Part shown: positions 54,321-63,336 of the stretch, piece after piece | How the letters are laid out: every line of letters begins with the position of its first letter | Numbering within the stretch: position 1 is the first letter of the stretch | NCBI GenBank assembly: GCA_039933775.1 | Contig: JBDTNK010000003.1 | Coordinates: 1 to 63,336 of the forward strand | Length of the DNA stretch: 63,336 nucleotides | Origin: Chloroflexota bacterium | GTDB taxonomy: Bacteria > Chloroflexota > Limnocylindria > QHBO01 | Direction of reading: 5' to 3' | The notes under the pieces: generated by a model | What the model was told of the DNA's origin: nothing | The model's database searches: none | The model's input: only the letters and a program-made list of their open reading frames with translations | Position numbers and translations under genes: made by a program

Positions 54321-54374
54321 GGATCGTCGCGAACAGCGTCAAGGAAGCACGCCTCCGGCCGCGTCTGGACCGAT

Positions 54375-54388
54375 AGCAAACCTTTACT
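54375..54388. promoter_or_regulatory. LacI-type operator candidate AGCAAACCTTTACT upstream of the GMC operon
   Basis: Imperfect palindrome (5 of 7 pairs) resembling the LacI-family A..AAACGTTT..T shape. A LacI gene lies in the downstream operon. Confidence 0.45.
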
Positions 54389-54468
54389 GTACGGTTGGTC
54401 GCACTCGGCGCCCGGCGTTCCGTCGCCGGGCGGGTGCCCGGAACCGTCCCCTGCGAAAGGAGCCAACC

Positions 54469-56082
54469 TTGCCCGTCGAACCAGCGGATGTCCTCATCAT
54501 CGGTGCAGGCGCGTCCGGCGGCGTCGTCGCTCGCCGGCTGGCGGAGGCGGGGTTCGATGTCGTCTGCCTGGAGCAGGGCGACTGGCACGACAAGGGCGAA
54601 TTTCGCGGCGTGCACCCCGACTGGGAGCTGACCGCGCGGAAACAGTGGGCGACGAGCCCCAACATCCGCGGCCTCCCCGAGGATTACCCGATCGTCGAGG
54701 GCGACTCGCCGGTCTCGCCGCTCATGTTCAGCGGCGTCGGCGGATCCATGATCCTGTACGCCGGAGCCTGGCCGCGGATGCTGCCGTCGGACTTCCGGGT
54801 GCGGTCACTCGACGGCATCGCGGACGACTGGCCGCTGACCTATGACGAGCTGCTCCCCTACTTCCGCCAGACCGATCGCGACTTCGGCATCTCCGCGCTG
54901 GGCGGAAATCCGGCGTACCCGCCCGATGCGGAGGATCCGCCGCTGCCGCCGTTGCCCATCGGCGCCGGAGGGCTGAAGGTGGCGCGTGCGCACGCGCGCC
55001 TGGGCTGGCACTGGTGGCCGGAGTCCAACGCGATCCTGTCGGCTCCGTATGACGGCCGCCGGCCGTGCGTCCAGCGCAGCACGTGCCAGTCGGGCTGCAA
55101 CGAGGGGGCTAAGGCGTCGACCGATCTGACCCACTGGCCCAAGGCCATCGCGAAGGGCGCACGCCTCGTGACCGGCGCCCGAGTACGCCGCATCGAGACC
55201 AACGATCGCGGCCTGGCGACGGGTGCGACCTGGATCGACCGCGACGGCAACGAGCATCTCGAGCAGGCACGGGTCGTGGTTTTGGCCGCGAACGCGATCG
55301 GAACGGCGCGGCTGCTGCTGCTCTCCGCCAACGCGCGCCATCCCGACGGTCTCGCCAACTCATCGGGCCTGGTCGGAAAGCGGCTGATGATGCACCCGTT
55401 CGCCAACGTCGCCGGCGTCTTCGACGAGCCGCTGATGAGCTGGCAGGGCCAGTTCGGCGACATGATCGAGTCGCTCCAGTTCTACGAGACCGATGATCAG
55501 CGCGGCTTCGTCCGCGGCGCACGATGGGCGCTCGCGCCGACCGGCGGCCCGATCAACACGGCGCTGCCGAGCCGCGCCGGGACGCAGGTCTGGGGCCCCG
55601 ATCACCACCTCCACGTCAAGTCGCACCTTGGCCACGGCGCCAACTGGGGACTCTTCGGCGAGGACCTGCCCGACGAGGCGAACCGGGTCAGCCTGTCGGA
55701 CAGCGTCACCGACTCGTCCGGCATCGCGGCGCCCGAGATCCAGTACGCGATGAGCGACAACTCGCGACGCATGCTGGACTTTCACATCGAGCGCGCGACC
55801 GAGTCGCTGATCGAGGCGGGCGCGCGCACCGTCGAGGTCGATCGCCTCATGCGCTACTCGGGCTGGCATCTGCTCGGCACCGCCCGCATGGGTGACGATC
55901 CGGAGACGTCGGTTCTGGACCGATGGAACCGCACCCACGACGTGCCGAACCTGTACGTGGTCGACGGCAGCTGTTTCGTGACCTCGAGCGGCGTCAACCC
56001 GACCTCGACGATCGTGGCACTGGCCCTGCGCGCCGCCGATCGCATGATCGAGACGCGCTTCGCGCTGCAGGTCCCGGCATGA
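54469..56082 (+). CDS. GMC-family flavoprotein oxidoreductase
   Basis: SD AAGGAG + TTG. IIGAGASG (FAD), GVGGSMILY, C..RSTC.SGC, HLLGTARMG, NLYVVDGS.F.TSSGVNPTSTI.ALA. Confidence 0.92.
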   Translation: MPVEPADVLIIGAGASGGVVARRLAEAGFDVVCLEQGDWHDKGEFRGVHPDWELTARKQWATSPNIRGLPEDYPIVEGDSPVSPLMFSGVGGSMILYAGAWPRMLPSDFRVRSLDGIADDWPLTYDELLPYFRQTDRDFGISALGGNPAYPPDAEDPPLPPLPIGAGGLKVARAHARLGWHWWPESNAILSAPYDGRRPCVQRSTCQSGCNEGAKASTDLTHWPKAIAKGARLVTGARVRRIETNDRGLATGATWIDRDGNEHLEQARVVVLAANAIGTARLLLLSANARHPDGLANSSGLVGKRLMMHPFANVAGVFDEPLMSWQGQFGDMIESLQFYETDDQRGFVRGARWALAPTGGPINTALPSRAGTQVWGPDHHLHVKSHLGHGANWGLFGEDLPDEANRVSLSDSVTDSSGIAAPEIQYAMSDNSRRMLDFHIERATESLIEAGARTVEVDRLMRYSGWHLLGTARMGDDPETSVLDRWNRTHDVPNLYVVDGSCFVTSSGVNPTSTIVALALRAADRMIETRFALQVPA

Positions 56083-56702
56083 GCGAGTCCGGGGCGCCGA
56101 CCGACACGACCGGCGGCATGCCCGCGACGACATCGCGCGCTCCCCTCCAGGGGGCAGATGCCGCGCCCGGGACCGACCCGCTGATTCACCTCGATGCCGG
56201 TGCCCGGCAGCGTTTCGCCGCGATCGCCGAGCGGCTCATCCCGGAGGCACACGGGATGCCGTCGGCGGCCGAGATCGTCGGCGAGGTCCGCCTGCGTTTC
56301 GTGCTGCGGGCGCGACCCGATCTCGTCGAGCCGCTCGTGGCGGCGCTTCGGCCCGAGCTCGGAGACGATCCCGGGGAACGTCTCGAGGCGCTCGGGCGCG
56401 ACGAGGCGACCGAGCTCGCCGCGCTGCAGCTGGCGATCGTGGGCGGCTACTACACCGACCGCCGCGTCCGGCAGCTGATCGGTTATCCGGGCCAGATGGC
56501 CATCGAGGTCAGGTCGTGGGAGGTCCCGCCCTACCTGGAGGAGGGCCTCATCGACGCCGTGCTGGCGCGCGGCGCGGTGTGGCGCGATCCTGAGACCGGC
56601 ACCACGGCGGTCGTCGACGCGGCGCCGCGGACCTATGCAGAGCGATACGGGTCGACCGAAGGGCGCCCGGAAGGAGGAGACAATGGTAGCGACGGCTCCT
56701 GA
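56079..56702 (+). CDS. Gluconate-2-dehydrogenase subunit-3-like partner of the GMC enzyme
   Basis: ATGA overlap. IAERLIP...MPSA, GGYYT...V..LIGYPG. Function inferred from motif and position. Confidence 0.65.
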   Translation: MSESGAPTDTTGGMPATTSRAPLQGADAAPGTDPLIHLDAGARQRFAAIAERLIPEAHGMPSAAEIVGEVRLRFVLRARPDLVEPLVAALRPELGDDPGERLEALGRDEATELAALQLAIVGGYYTDRRVRQLIGYPGQMAIEVRSWEVPPYLEEGLIDAVLARGAVWRDPETGTTAVVDAAPRTYAERYGSTEGRPEGGDNGSDGS

Positions 56703-58170
56703 ATCGACGTCGGAGCGCGGCGCGCCCGGCTGGCTCGACGGCTTCCTGGCCGACTGGCACCCCGGCTCGGGCGAGGCCCGCGAGGTCCGCGAGCCGGCGA
56801 CCGGGCGTCTCCTGCTGACCATGCAGCAATCGACGGTCGAGGACGTCCGTCGCGCAGCCGCGGCGGCGGCCGCGGCGCAGCCGGCCTGGGCGCAGACCAA
56901 CTACCAGGAGCGCGCCGCTATCCTGCGCCGAGCGGCCGACATCTACGAGGCGCACCGCCCCGAGTTCGGCACCTGGACGCAGCGCGAGACCGGCGCCCAT
57001 TACAACAAGATGTATCACGAGGCGAACTTCACCGCGCAGGAGCTGCTGGCCGCCGCATCGATGCCCTCGCAGCCGCTCGGATCGGTCCTGCCGTCCGCGC
57101 AGCAGGAGCGGCTCTCGATCGTGCGGCGCGTGCCGATCGGGGTGGTCGGGGCGATCACGCCGTGGAACTCGCCGAGCGTCCTGGGGATGCGGGTGGTGGC
57201 CCCGGCCCTCGCGCTCGGCAACGCAGTCGTGCTCAAGCCGGACCCGCAGACGCCGGTCTGCGGGGCGGCCGTGTTCGCGGCGATCTTCCGCGAGGCGGGG
57301 CTGCCCGACGGGCTGCTCCAGATCGTCATCGGCGACGCGGAGGTCGGCGAGGCGCTGGTCACCGATCCCAACGTGCACATGGTCTCGTTCACCGGCTCCA
57401 CCGAGGCGGGGCGCCGCGTCGGGTCGCTGGCCGGCGGGCTGCTCAAGAAGGTCTCGCTGGAGCTCGGCGGCAACAACGCCTTCGTGGTCACCGACGATGC
57501 CGACCTCGAAGCGGCGGCATCGGCCGGAGCATACGGAACGTTCCAGTTCCAGGGGCAGGTCTGCTTCGCCGTCGGCCGCCACATCGTGCATCGCTCCGTG
57601 GCCGACGCGTACGTCGACCTGCTGGCAGCCAAGGCAAAGCGCCTCCGCCTGGGCGACCCGTATCGAACCGACGTGGACCTTGGTCCGATCGTCAACGAGC
57701 AGCAGCTGGCGCGCGTCGACTCGATCGTGCAGCGCTCGATCCAGGGCGGTGCGCGGCTGGCCGAGGGCGGCACGCACGAGGGCCTCTTCTACCGGCCCAC
57801 CGTGCTGGCCGACGTGACGACCGACCTTCCGGCATGGACCGATGAGACCTTCGGTCCGGTTGCCCCGATCATCACCTTCGACTCCGACGAGGAGGCGATC
57901 GCACTGGCGAACGCGAGCGAGTACGGGCTGGCAGGTGCCGTCTACTCGCGCTCCATCGCGCGCGGCCTGGCGATCGCGAACCGCATCAAGGCGGGCATGG
58001 TCCACGTCAACGACCAGACCGTCAACGACGAGGCGATCGTCCCGTTCGGCGGCACCGGCATGTCGGGCAACGGCGGGCGCTTCGGCGGGGAGGCGAACTA
58101 CGACACCTTCACGGAGTGGCAGTGGCTCACCGTCCGTGACGAGCCCAAGTCCTTCCCGCATCCGTACTGA
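56683..58170 (+). CDS. Aldehyde dehydrogenase (benzaldehyde/vanillin dehydrogenase-like)
   Basis: SD AGGAGG. ITPWNSP, LKPDPQTP, FTGST, LELGGNN, QGQVC (catalytic Cys), ETFGPV, PFGG.GMSG. Confidence 0.93.
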   Translation: MVATAPESTSERGAPGWLDGFLADWHPGSGEAREVREPATGRLLLTMQQSTVEDVRRAAAAAAAAQPAWAQTNYQERAAILRRAADIYEAHRPEFGTWTQRETGAHYNKMYHEANFTAQELLAAASMPSQPLGSVLPSAQQERLSIVRRVPIGVVGAITPWNSPSVLGMRVVAPALALGNAVVLKPDPQTPVCGAAVFAAIFREAGLPDGLLQIVIGDAEVGEALVTDPNVHMVSFTGSTEAGRRVGSLAGGLLKKVSLELGGNNAFVVTDDADLEAAASAGAYGTFQFQGQVCFAVGRHIVHRSVADAYVDLLAAKAKRLRLGDPYRTDVDLGPIVNEQQLARVDSIVQRSIQGGARLAEGGTHEGLFYRPTVLADVTTDLPAWTDETFGPVAPIITFDSDEEAIALANASEYGLAGAVYSRSIARGLAIANRIKAGMVHVNDQTVNDEAIVPFGGTGMSGNGGRFGGEANYDTFTEWQWLTVRDEPKSFPHPY

Positions 58171-58177
58171 TCGACCG

Positions 58178-59221
58178 GTGGCGTCGATGACCGAGGTCGC
58201 GCGGCGAGCAGGCGTCTCGATCGCGACGGCCTCGCGCGTCATCGGCGCGACCGACTACCCGGTCAGCCTGGCGACCCGGACGCGAGTGCTCGAGGCCGCG
58301 CGCGCGCTCGATTACGTCCCGAACGCCCTCGCCCGCGGGCTCCTGAAGAGCCAGATCGCGGTCGTGGGCGTGGTCGTCCACGACATCACCGACCCGTATT
58401 TCTCCGAGGTGGTGCGTGGCGTCGAGGATGCCGCCGCGCCCGACGGCTACCTGGTCATCGCCTGCAGCTCGGACCGAAGCTCCGAGCGCGAACGCTCGTA
58501 TGTCCGTCTGCTGCGTTCGATGCGGGCCGCCGCGGTGATCTTCGCCGGCAGCGGGATCGATGATCCCGTGGCGAACGAGGAGCTGGGACGCCACCTGGCC
58601 GGCATTCGTGAGAACGGATCGGCGGTGGTGCACCTGTCGCCGCATGCCTTCGGGGCGCCGCAGGTCGGCGTCGACAACCCGGCCGGCATCGCGGCCATGG
58701 TCGCCGCGCTCGCTGCGCTCGGCCACCGGCAGATCGCCTTCATCGCCGGCCCCACGGCGCTCTACGTCGCGTCAGAGCGGCTGGCCGGGTATCGGCGCGG
58801 CGTGGCAGCCACGGGGATCGGTGCCGAACCGCGCCTCATCGTGCACGCCAGCTTCGATCGCGGCGGCGGTGCCGCGGGCGTGGACGCGCTGCTGGCCGGC
58901 GGCGCGCCGTTCACCGCCATCTGCTGCGCGAACGACGTGCAGGCGCTGGGCGCGCTGCAGCGCCTCGCCGAGCTCGGGCTCCGCGTGCCCGACGACGTCT
59001 CGGTCGCCGGCTTCGACGACATCTCGGTGGCGGCCCTGACGGCGCCGGCCCTGTCGACGGTGCAGCTGCCCCTGCGCGAGCTGGGACGGCGCGGGTTCGC
59101 CCACGCTGTTCGGCAGCTGGCCGGCGAGACGCTCGCTCCCGAGCTGCTGCCGACACAGGTCGTCATTCGAGGCTCCATCGGTCCACCGCGAGTAGTCATG
59201 ACAAGAGGAGGCAGGGCGTGA
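58178..59221 (+). CDS. LacI-family transcriptional regulator
   Basis: SMTEVARRAGVSIATASRV, YVPNALARGL, TAICCANDVQALG, VPDDVSVAGFDD, LSTV. Confidence 0.93.
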   Translation: MASMTEVARRAGVSIATASRVIGATDYPVSLATRTRVLEAARALDYVPNALARGLLKSQIAVVGVVVHDITDPYFSEVVRGVEDAAAPDGYLVIACSSDRSSERERSYVRLLRSMRAAAVIFAGSGIDDPVANEELGRHLAGIRENGSAVVHLSPHAFGAPQVGVDNPAGIAAMVAALAALGHRQIAFIAGPTALYVASERLAGYRRGVAATGIGAEPRLIVHASFDRGGGAAGVDALLAGGAPFTAICCANDVQALGALQRLAELGLRVPDDVSVAGFDDISVAALTAPALSTVQLPLRELGRRGFAHAVRQLAGETLAPELLPTQVVIRGSIGPPRVVMTRGGRA

Positions 59222-60006
59222 AGCCGGCGACGGTATTCCTGGGAGAGATGACGAACCCCGAGGTGGAGGCCTTTCTGCGAGACCACCGCACGGTCATCGT
59301 GCCGACGGGGTCCACCGAGCAGCACGGGCCGCACGGGCCGCTGCTGACCGACGTGCTGGTGCCGCAGGAGGTGGCGCGCCGCATCGCCCCGGCGGTCGGC
59401 GCGCTCGTGGCGCCACCGATCAACTACGCGCTCTCCTACCCGCACGTCGGGTTCACCGGGGTGGTCCACATCCGGATCCCGACCTTCATGGCGCTCGTCG
59501 AGGACGTGTGCGTCTCGCTCGCGGCCGCGGGCTTCCGCCGGATCGTGTTCCTCAACGGTCACTACGACAACACCTACGCCATCGCCTACGCCTGCGCGAA
59601 CGCTCGCGAGCGTCTGCCTGCCGATGCGGTCGCCTTTCCGATCAACTACTGGGACGGCATGAGCCCCGAGGAGGCCGGCGAGTTCTTCGGTCCATCGACC
59701 GGCCTGCACGCCAACCGCGGCGAGACCTCCGCGGTGCTGGCCATCAACCCCGATCTCGTCGACATGGAGCACGCGAACGCCGAGATGCCGCCGTTTCCGC
59801 CGGTCACGAGCAGCCCACCGGTGCATACCGCCTTCTTCTTCTCGGCGCCCGGATCGGTGCATCGCGCATCCGCGTCGGGCACTTGGGGCGATGCGCGCGA
59901 GTCGACGCCCGAATTCGGCGAGCGCTACCTCGAGGTCGTCAGCCGCGCGACGATTCGGATCCTGGACGACATCGACCGCACCTTCGAGGCGATGCCGCCG
60001 CGCTGA
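59218..60006 (+). CDS. Creatininase-family amidohydrolase
   Basis: PTGSTEQHGPHGPL.TD, YALSYPH, LNGHYDN, HANRGETS, GTWGD. Confidence 0.92.
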   Translation: MKPATVFLGEMTNPEVEAFLRDHRTVIVPTGSTEQHGPHGPLLTDVLVPQEVARRIAPAVGALVAPPINYALSYPHVGFTGVVHIRIPTFMALVEDVCVSLAAAGFRRIVFLNGHYDNTYAIAYACANARERLPADAVAFPINYWDGMSPEEAGEFFGPSTGLHANRGETSAVLAINPDLVDMEHANAEMPPFPPVTSSPPVHTAFFFSAPGSVHRASASGTWGDARESTPEFGERYLEVVSRATIRILDDIDRTFEAMPPR

Positions 60007-60030
60007 GTCACCCGCCATGCTGGCCGGCGT

Positions 60031-60765
60031 TCAGGCGGAAGCGACCTCGACGTCGAAGCGGACGTTCATCGCGTAGCGGTCGCCGCCATAGCGTGACTCG
60101 GTCACCTCGATCGGGCGGCCCTGGGCGTCCAGGATGACGCGTCGCTCGACGAGGATCGGCGAGCCCTTCGGCACCTCGAGCAGCCGGGCATCGTCGGCGG
60201 TGGCCGGCACGGCGTTCACGATTGCGGTTCCCCGGCGCAGAATCCAGCCTGCCCGGACGAGCGCGGCGTGAAGCGAGTCGTGGCGCAGGTCGGCGGCCAT
60301 GACGGCAGGGGACGTCTCGCCGATGAGGACCGTCGTCTCCAGCGCGATCGGCACCTCGTCGGCGCAGCGCACTCGCCGCAGATAGACGATCGCCGCGCCT
60401 TCCGGGACGTCGAGCTCGGTCGCGATCAGGCGCGGGGCGGGCCGGATCTCGCGGTTGACGATACGCGAGGTCGGCCTGCGGCCGCGACGCGCCATCTCGG
60501 AGGTGAAGCTCATGAGCCGATCCGCGCGCCGGTGCGTGGCTGGCTCGGCCACGAAGCTGCCGCGGCCGGGCAGCCGCACCACGAGCCCCTCGTCGGCGAG
60601 CAGCTGCATCGCGCTGCGGGCGGTCATTCTGCTCACGCCGAACTCGGCACACAGGGCGGTATCCGACGGCAGCGCGTCACCCGGGCGCAGCGTGGCGATG
60701 CGCTCGCGCAGCGACTGCTCGATGGTGCGGTATCGCGGGATGGCGAGATCCGTCACTGCCCCCAC
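60031..60765 (-). CDS. GntR-family regulator, HutC/UTRA subfamily
   Basis: LPSDTALCAEFGVSRMTAR, PGRGSFV, LMSFTSEM, RVRCAD..PIALE, IEVTESRY.GDRY. Confidence 0.92.
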   Translation of the reverse strand: MGAVTDLAIPRYRTIEQSLRERIATLRPGDALPSDTALCAEFGVSRMTARSAMQLLADEGLVVRLPGRGSFVAEPATHRRADRLMSFTSEMARRGRRPTSRIVNREIRPAPRLIATELDVPEGAAIVYLRRVRCADEVPIALETTVLIGETSPAVMAADLRHDSLHAALVRAGWILRRGTAIVNAVPATADDARLLEVPKGSPILVERRVILDAQGRPIEVTESRYGGDRYAMNVRFDVEVASA

Positions 60766-60829
60766 TTCCGGTTCGTCGCGCCGACGCCGCGTCCCAGGTG
60801 CCGCGAGCTGGCCGCGGGCTGCATGTGCC

Positions 60830-61819
60830 TCAGGACTCCCCGGTGACGCGCGTGTAGGCGGCAGCCACGACCACGATGATCGCGCCGAACAGGATCTGGC
60901 GGCTGGGCTCGGGAAGTCCCAGGACGGTGAGCAGGGCGGTGAGCACGGTCAGGATCAGGGCGCCGACGATGGCCCCGCCGTAGCTGCCGCGTCCGCCGAA
61001 GATCGATGTGCCGCCGATGACCGCCGCCGCGACCGAGGGCAGCAAATAGGACTCCGCGAGCGACACGCTGGCCGTGTTCGTCAGCCCCGAGACGAGGAGA
61101 CCGGCGATCCCCGCCAGGACCGCCGAGATGACGTAGAGGGTGATGAGGACCTGCCACCCCCGGACCCCGGAGAGCCTGGCGGCGACCGGGTTGTCGCCGA
61201 TCGCATACAGCAGTCGTCCATAGCCGGTGCGACGCAGGCCGAGCAGGATCACCAGGGCCAGCGGCACGAAGATGATGAGGCTGTACGGGAGGATGCCGAA
61301 GAGGCTGCCGGAGCCGATCCAGCGCAGCTCGTCGGGCACGCCAGACCCGGTCTGCACCGTCTGCAGCTGCCAGACGTTGGCGAGCCCCAGAACCACGAAG
61401 CTCATGCCCAGCGTCATGATCAATGGGTGCACCTTGAAGACGCCGACCCCGATGCCGGTCACCAGGCCCGCCAGCGCCGCCGCGACGAGGGCCACGCCGA
61501 TCGCGAACGGCAGTCCGCCGGGGCTGTTGACGAGTGTCGCGGTTACGAAGCCGGCCATCGACGCGACGGTCCCCACCGAAAGGTCGATGCCCGCGGTGAG
61601 CATCGTCAGGGTCTGGCACGCGGCCAAGATCGCCAGCGGCACCGATGCCCGCAGGATGACGCCCGCCCAGCCCGGACCGACGATCCCCGGGCGCACCACC
61701 TCGATGATCAGGACCAGCAGCGCAAGCAGCCCGATGAGCGGGATGATCGGCCGGTCGCGGAGGAGAGCGCGCCAGGGCGGCACACTGAGCTGGGAACGGG
61801 CTGGCGCGACCGTGCTCAC
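60830..61819 (-). CDS. Sugar ABC transporter permease (RbsC-like)
   Basis: LTAGIDLSVG, PLIMTLG, GRLLYAIGDN..AARLSG, VAAAVIGGTSIFGGRG. GTGA overlap. Confidence 0.93.
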   Translation of the reverse strand: MSTVAPARSQLSVPPWRALLRDRPIIPLIGLLALLVLIIEVVRPGIVGPGWAGVILRASVPLAILAACQTLTMLTAGIDLSVGTVASMAGFVTATLVNSPGGLPFAIGVALVAAALAGLVTGIGVGVFKVHPLIMTLGMSFVVLGLANVWQLQTVQTGSGVPDELRWIGSGSLFGILPYSLIIFVPLALVILLGLRRTGYGRLLYAIGDNPVAARLSGVRGWQVLITLYVISAVLAGIAGLLVSGLTNTASVSLAESYLLPSVAAAVIGGTSIFGGRGSYGGAIVGALILTVLTALLTVLGLPEPSRQILFGAIIVVVAAAYTRVTGES

Positions 61820-62820
61820 CCGCGCGCCCGCCGCAGCTCGATCAGGCTGCCCACCATGACGACGACGATGAGGATGATGCCCTGCGAGACCACGGCCAGG
61901 TTGGTGTTGACCCGCAGGAATGTCATATCGGTCCTGATCAGCTGCAGCACCACCACCGCCACGATGGGCCCGAAGACGCCGCCGCGGCCACCGGCCAGGC
62001 TGACGCCACCGAGGACGACCGCCGCGACGCTCATCAGGGTGTAGGGCCCCGGCACCGGCGTGCCGATCCCCGTGCTGGCGGTGAGCGAGAGACCGCCGAG
62101 CGCGGCGAAGAGGCCCGCCAGCATGTAGGCGAAGACCTTCGTCCATCCGATCGAGATCCCGCTCCGGAACGCCGCCAGCGGGTTGCTGCCCACGGCGTAC
62201 AGCGACAGTCCGGCCCGGGTCCGCATCAGCGGCAGCCAGATGATCCCCACCATGACGACCAGGACCACCGCCGCGCGGGGCAGCCAATCGAACACGAGGG
62301 AGCCGCTGACAAGCTCCCGTAGCCAGGGCGCCGCGCTGCCGCCGGGTGCCGACCGCACGATGAGGGCAACACCGGCCCAGACGAAGAGCATGGCGAGCGT
62401 GACGACGATGTCGGGCACCCTGGTGACCACGACCACGATGCCGTTGATCGCGCCGATCACCAGGCCGAGCACGAGCACGCCGACGACCACCACGATGGCG
62501 AACTCGGGGCTCTGGCCCTCCATCAGCGTCGCCGAGATGACGCTGGTCAGTGCCATGACCGAGCCGATCGAGAGGTCGATGCCGCCCGCAATCACGACCA
62601 CGGCCTGCGCGACCGCCGCGAGGGCGAGCGGAAAGACCGAGATGGCGAGGCCCTGGATCCCGGCGATCCCGTACCTCGGCTGGATGACCCTGGTGAAGAC
62701 AAGGAAGAAGATGAGCAGACCGATGAGCCCCAACGTCCAGGCGTTGCGCCGGGCCCATCCGGCTACGGCGTCAGCCCACTGTGCGCGTGATGCCGAGCGC
62801 GCCCCGGCAACGACGCTCAC
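61816..62820 (-). CDS. Sugar ABC transporter permease (RbsC-like)
   Basis: IAGGIDLSIG, PDIVVTL, LYAVGSN..AA..SG, VAAVVLGGVSLAGGRG. Confidence 0.93.
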   Translation of the reverse strand: MSVVAGARSASRAQWADAVAGWARRNAWTLGLIGLLIFFLVFTRVIQPRYGIAGIQGLAISVFPLALAAVAQAVVVIAGGIDLSIGSVMALTSVISATLMEGQSPEFAIVVVVGVLVLGLVIGAINGIVVVVTRVPDIVVTLAMLFVWAGVALIVRSAPGGSAAPWLRELVSGSLVFDWLPRAAVVLVVMVGIIWLPLMRTRAGLSLYAVGSNPLAAFRSGISIGWTKVFAYMLAGLFAALGGLSLTASTGIGTPVPGPYTLMSVAAVVLGGVSLAGGRGGVFGPIVAVVVLQLIRTDMTFLRVNTNLAVVSQGIILIVVVMVGSLIELRRARG

Positions 62821-63336
62821 AGCGCCGCTCCTGCGCCCACGGTCGCCGCTGCCACGGCGCTCGGCTCCAGGTTGTGCGCCGCGCGCAGCAGCGCCGGCTC
62901 ATCCGCGTCCGCTGCCTCGATTTCGTCGACGATCTGCCCGCCGAAGATCACGATGGCCCGGTCACAGGCGAGCTGGATCTCCTTGAGCTCCGACGTATAG
63001 AAGAGGACCGATGCGCCCGCCTCGGCCAGGTCGCGCAGGAGATGGTAGATCTGGCTCTTGGTGCGAATGTCGATGCCCCGCGTCGGGTCGAAGCAGAGCA
63101 TGGTCTGCACACCGCCCGCGACCCAGCGCCCGATCGTCACCTTCTGCTGGTTGCCGCCGGAGAGGCGACGCACCTCGTTGCCCGCCCGCGCATCGATCTG
63201 CAGCATGCGGACCGCCTCCGCGATCCGGCCCTGCTCGGCTCGGGTGTCGATGAGGCCCCACGAACGAAGGCGCGCGCTGACCGGCAGGGCGATGTTCTCG
63301 CGCACCGAGCGCTGCATCAGGAGCGCCTCGGCCCGG
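62817..63336 (-). CDS. Sugar ABC transporter ATP-binding protein (RbsA-like), C-terminal part; runs off the window edge
   Basis: SVRENI, LSGGNQQKV, PTRGID, SSEL-like YTSELKEI..CDR. Confidence 0.9.
   Translation of the reverse strand, partial: RAEALLMQRSVRENIALPVSARLRSWGLIDTRAEQGRIAEAVRMLQIDARAGNEVRRLSGGNQQKVTIGRWVAGGVQTMLCFDPTRGIDIRTKSQIYHLLRDLAEAGASVLFYTSELKEIQLACDRAIVIFGGQIVDEIEAADADEPALLRAAHNLEPSAVAAATVGAGAAL

Noticed and set aside
51701-56082. Vitamin B6 degradation cluster (GMC + SDR + MBL lactonase)
   Set aside because: The enzyme classes fit, but the GMC looks like the gluconate-DH/glycoside-oxidase type rather than choline-oxidase-like pyridoxine 4-oxidase, and no ring-cleaving flavin monooxygenase is present. 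Kept only as a weak alternative.
56548-58242. 564-aa minus-strand ORF
   Set aside because: Antisense shadow of the ALDH.
1-63336. CRISPR arrays, rRNA, transposases, prophage genes
   Set aside because: None seen; the only repeats are coding low-complexity linkers, the 57-bp duplication and short hairpins.

Overview
High-GC bacterial chromosomal window. Gene style suggests Chloroflexota or Actinomycetota, but this is inference only. Three blocks: (1) 1-27.4 kb is a cell-envelope glycan locus with about 10 glycosyltransferases, two Wzx-type flippases, an O-antigen ligase/polymerase-like protein, a Wzm/Wzt ABC exporter, rmlA/B/D without rmlC, ppa, a priming sugar transferase and a decayed UDP-glucose dehydrogenase relic. 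It ends in two secreted proteins that each carry three cell-wall-binding type 2 (CWB2) repeats. (2) 27.6-43 kb holds glnA with a perfect PutR-like palindrome next to a PucR-family regulator, resB, a Cys/Met PLP enzyme, two LCP proteins flanking a DUF3048 protein and a diguanylate cyclase, tRNA-Pro(TGG) followed by a second priming transferase, an ECF sigma/anti-sigma pair, an MFS transporter and a frameshifted terC relic. (3) 43.1-63.3 kb is a catabolic island for an unknown substrate. Its most unusual element is a divergent pair of incomplete PEP-synthase/PPDK-family genes: one has ATP-grasp + phospho-His + a non-PPDK C-terminal domain, the other has a phenylphosphate-synthase-A/RPH-like acceptor domain + phospho-His. 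They sit with a three-subunit Mo hydroxylase, HisJ-type phosphatase, MBL hydrolase, SDR, GMC oxidoreductase plus small subunit, ALDH, creatininase-family amidohydrolase, three regulators and a sugar-type ABC importer. No CRISPR, integrase, transposase or rRNA was seen. All family calls come from motifs recognised by eye; no database search was run.
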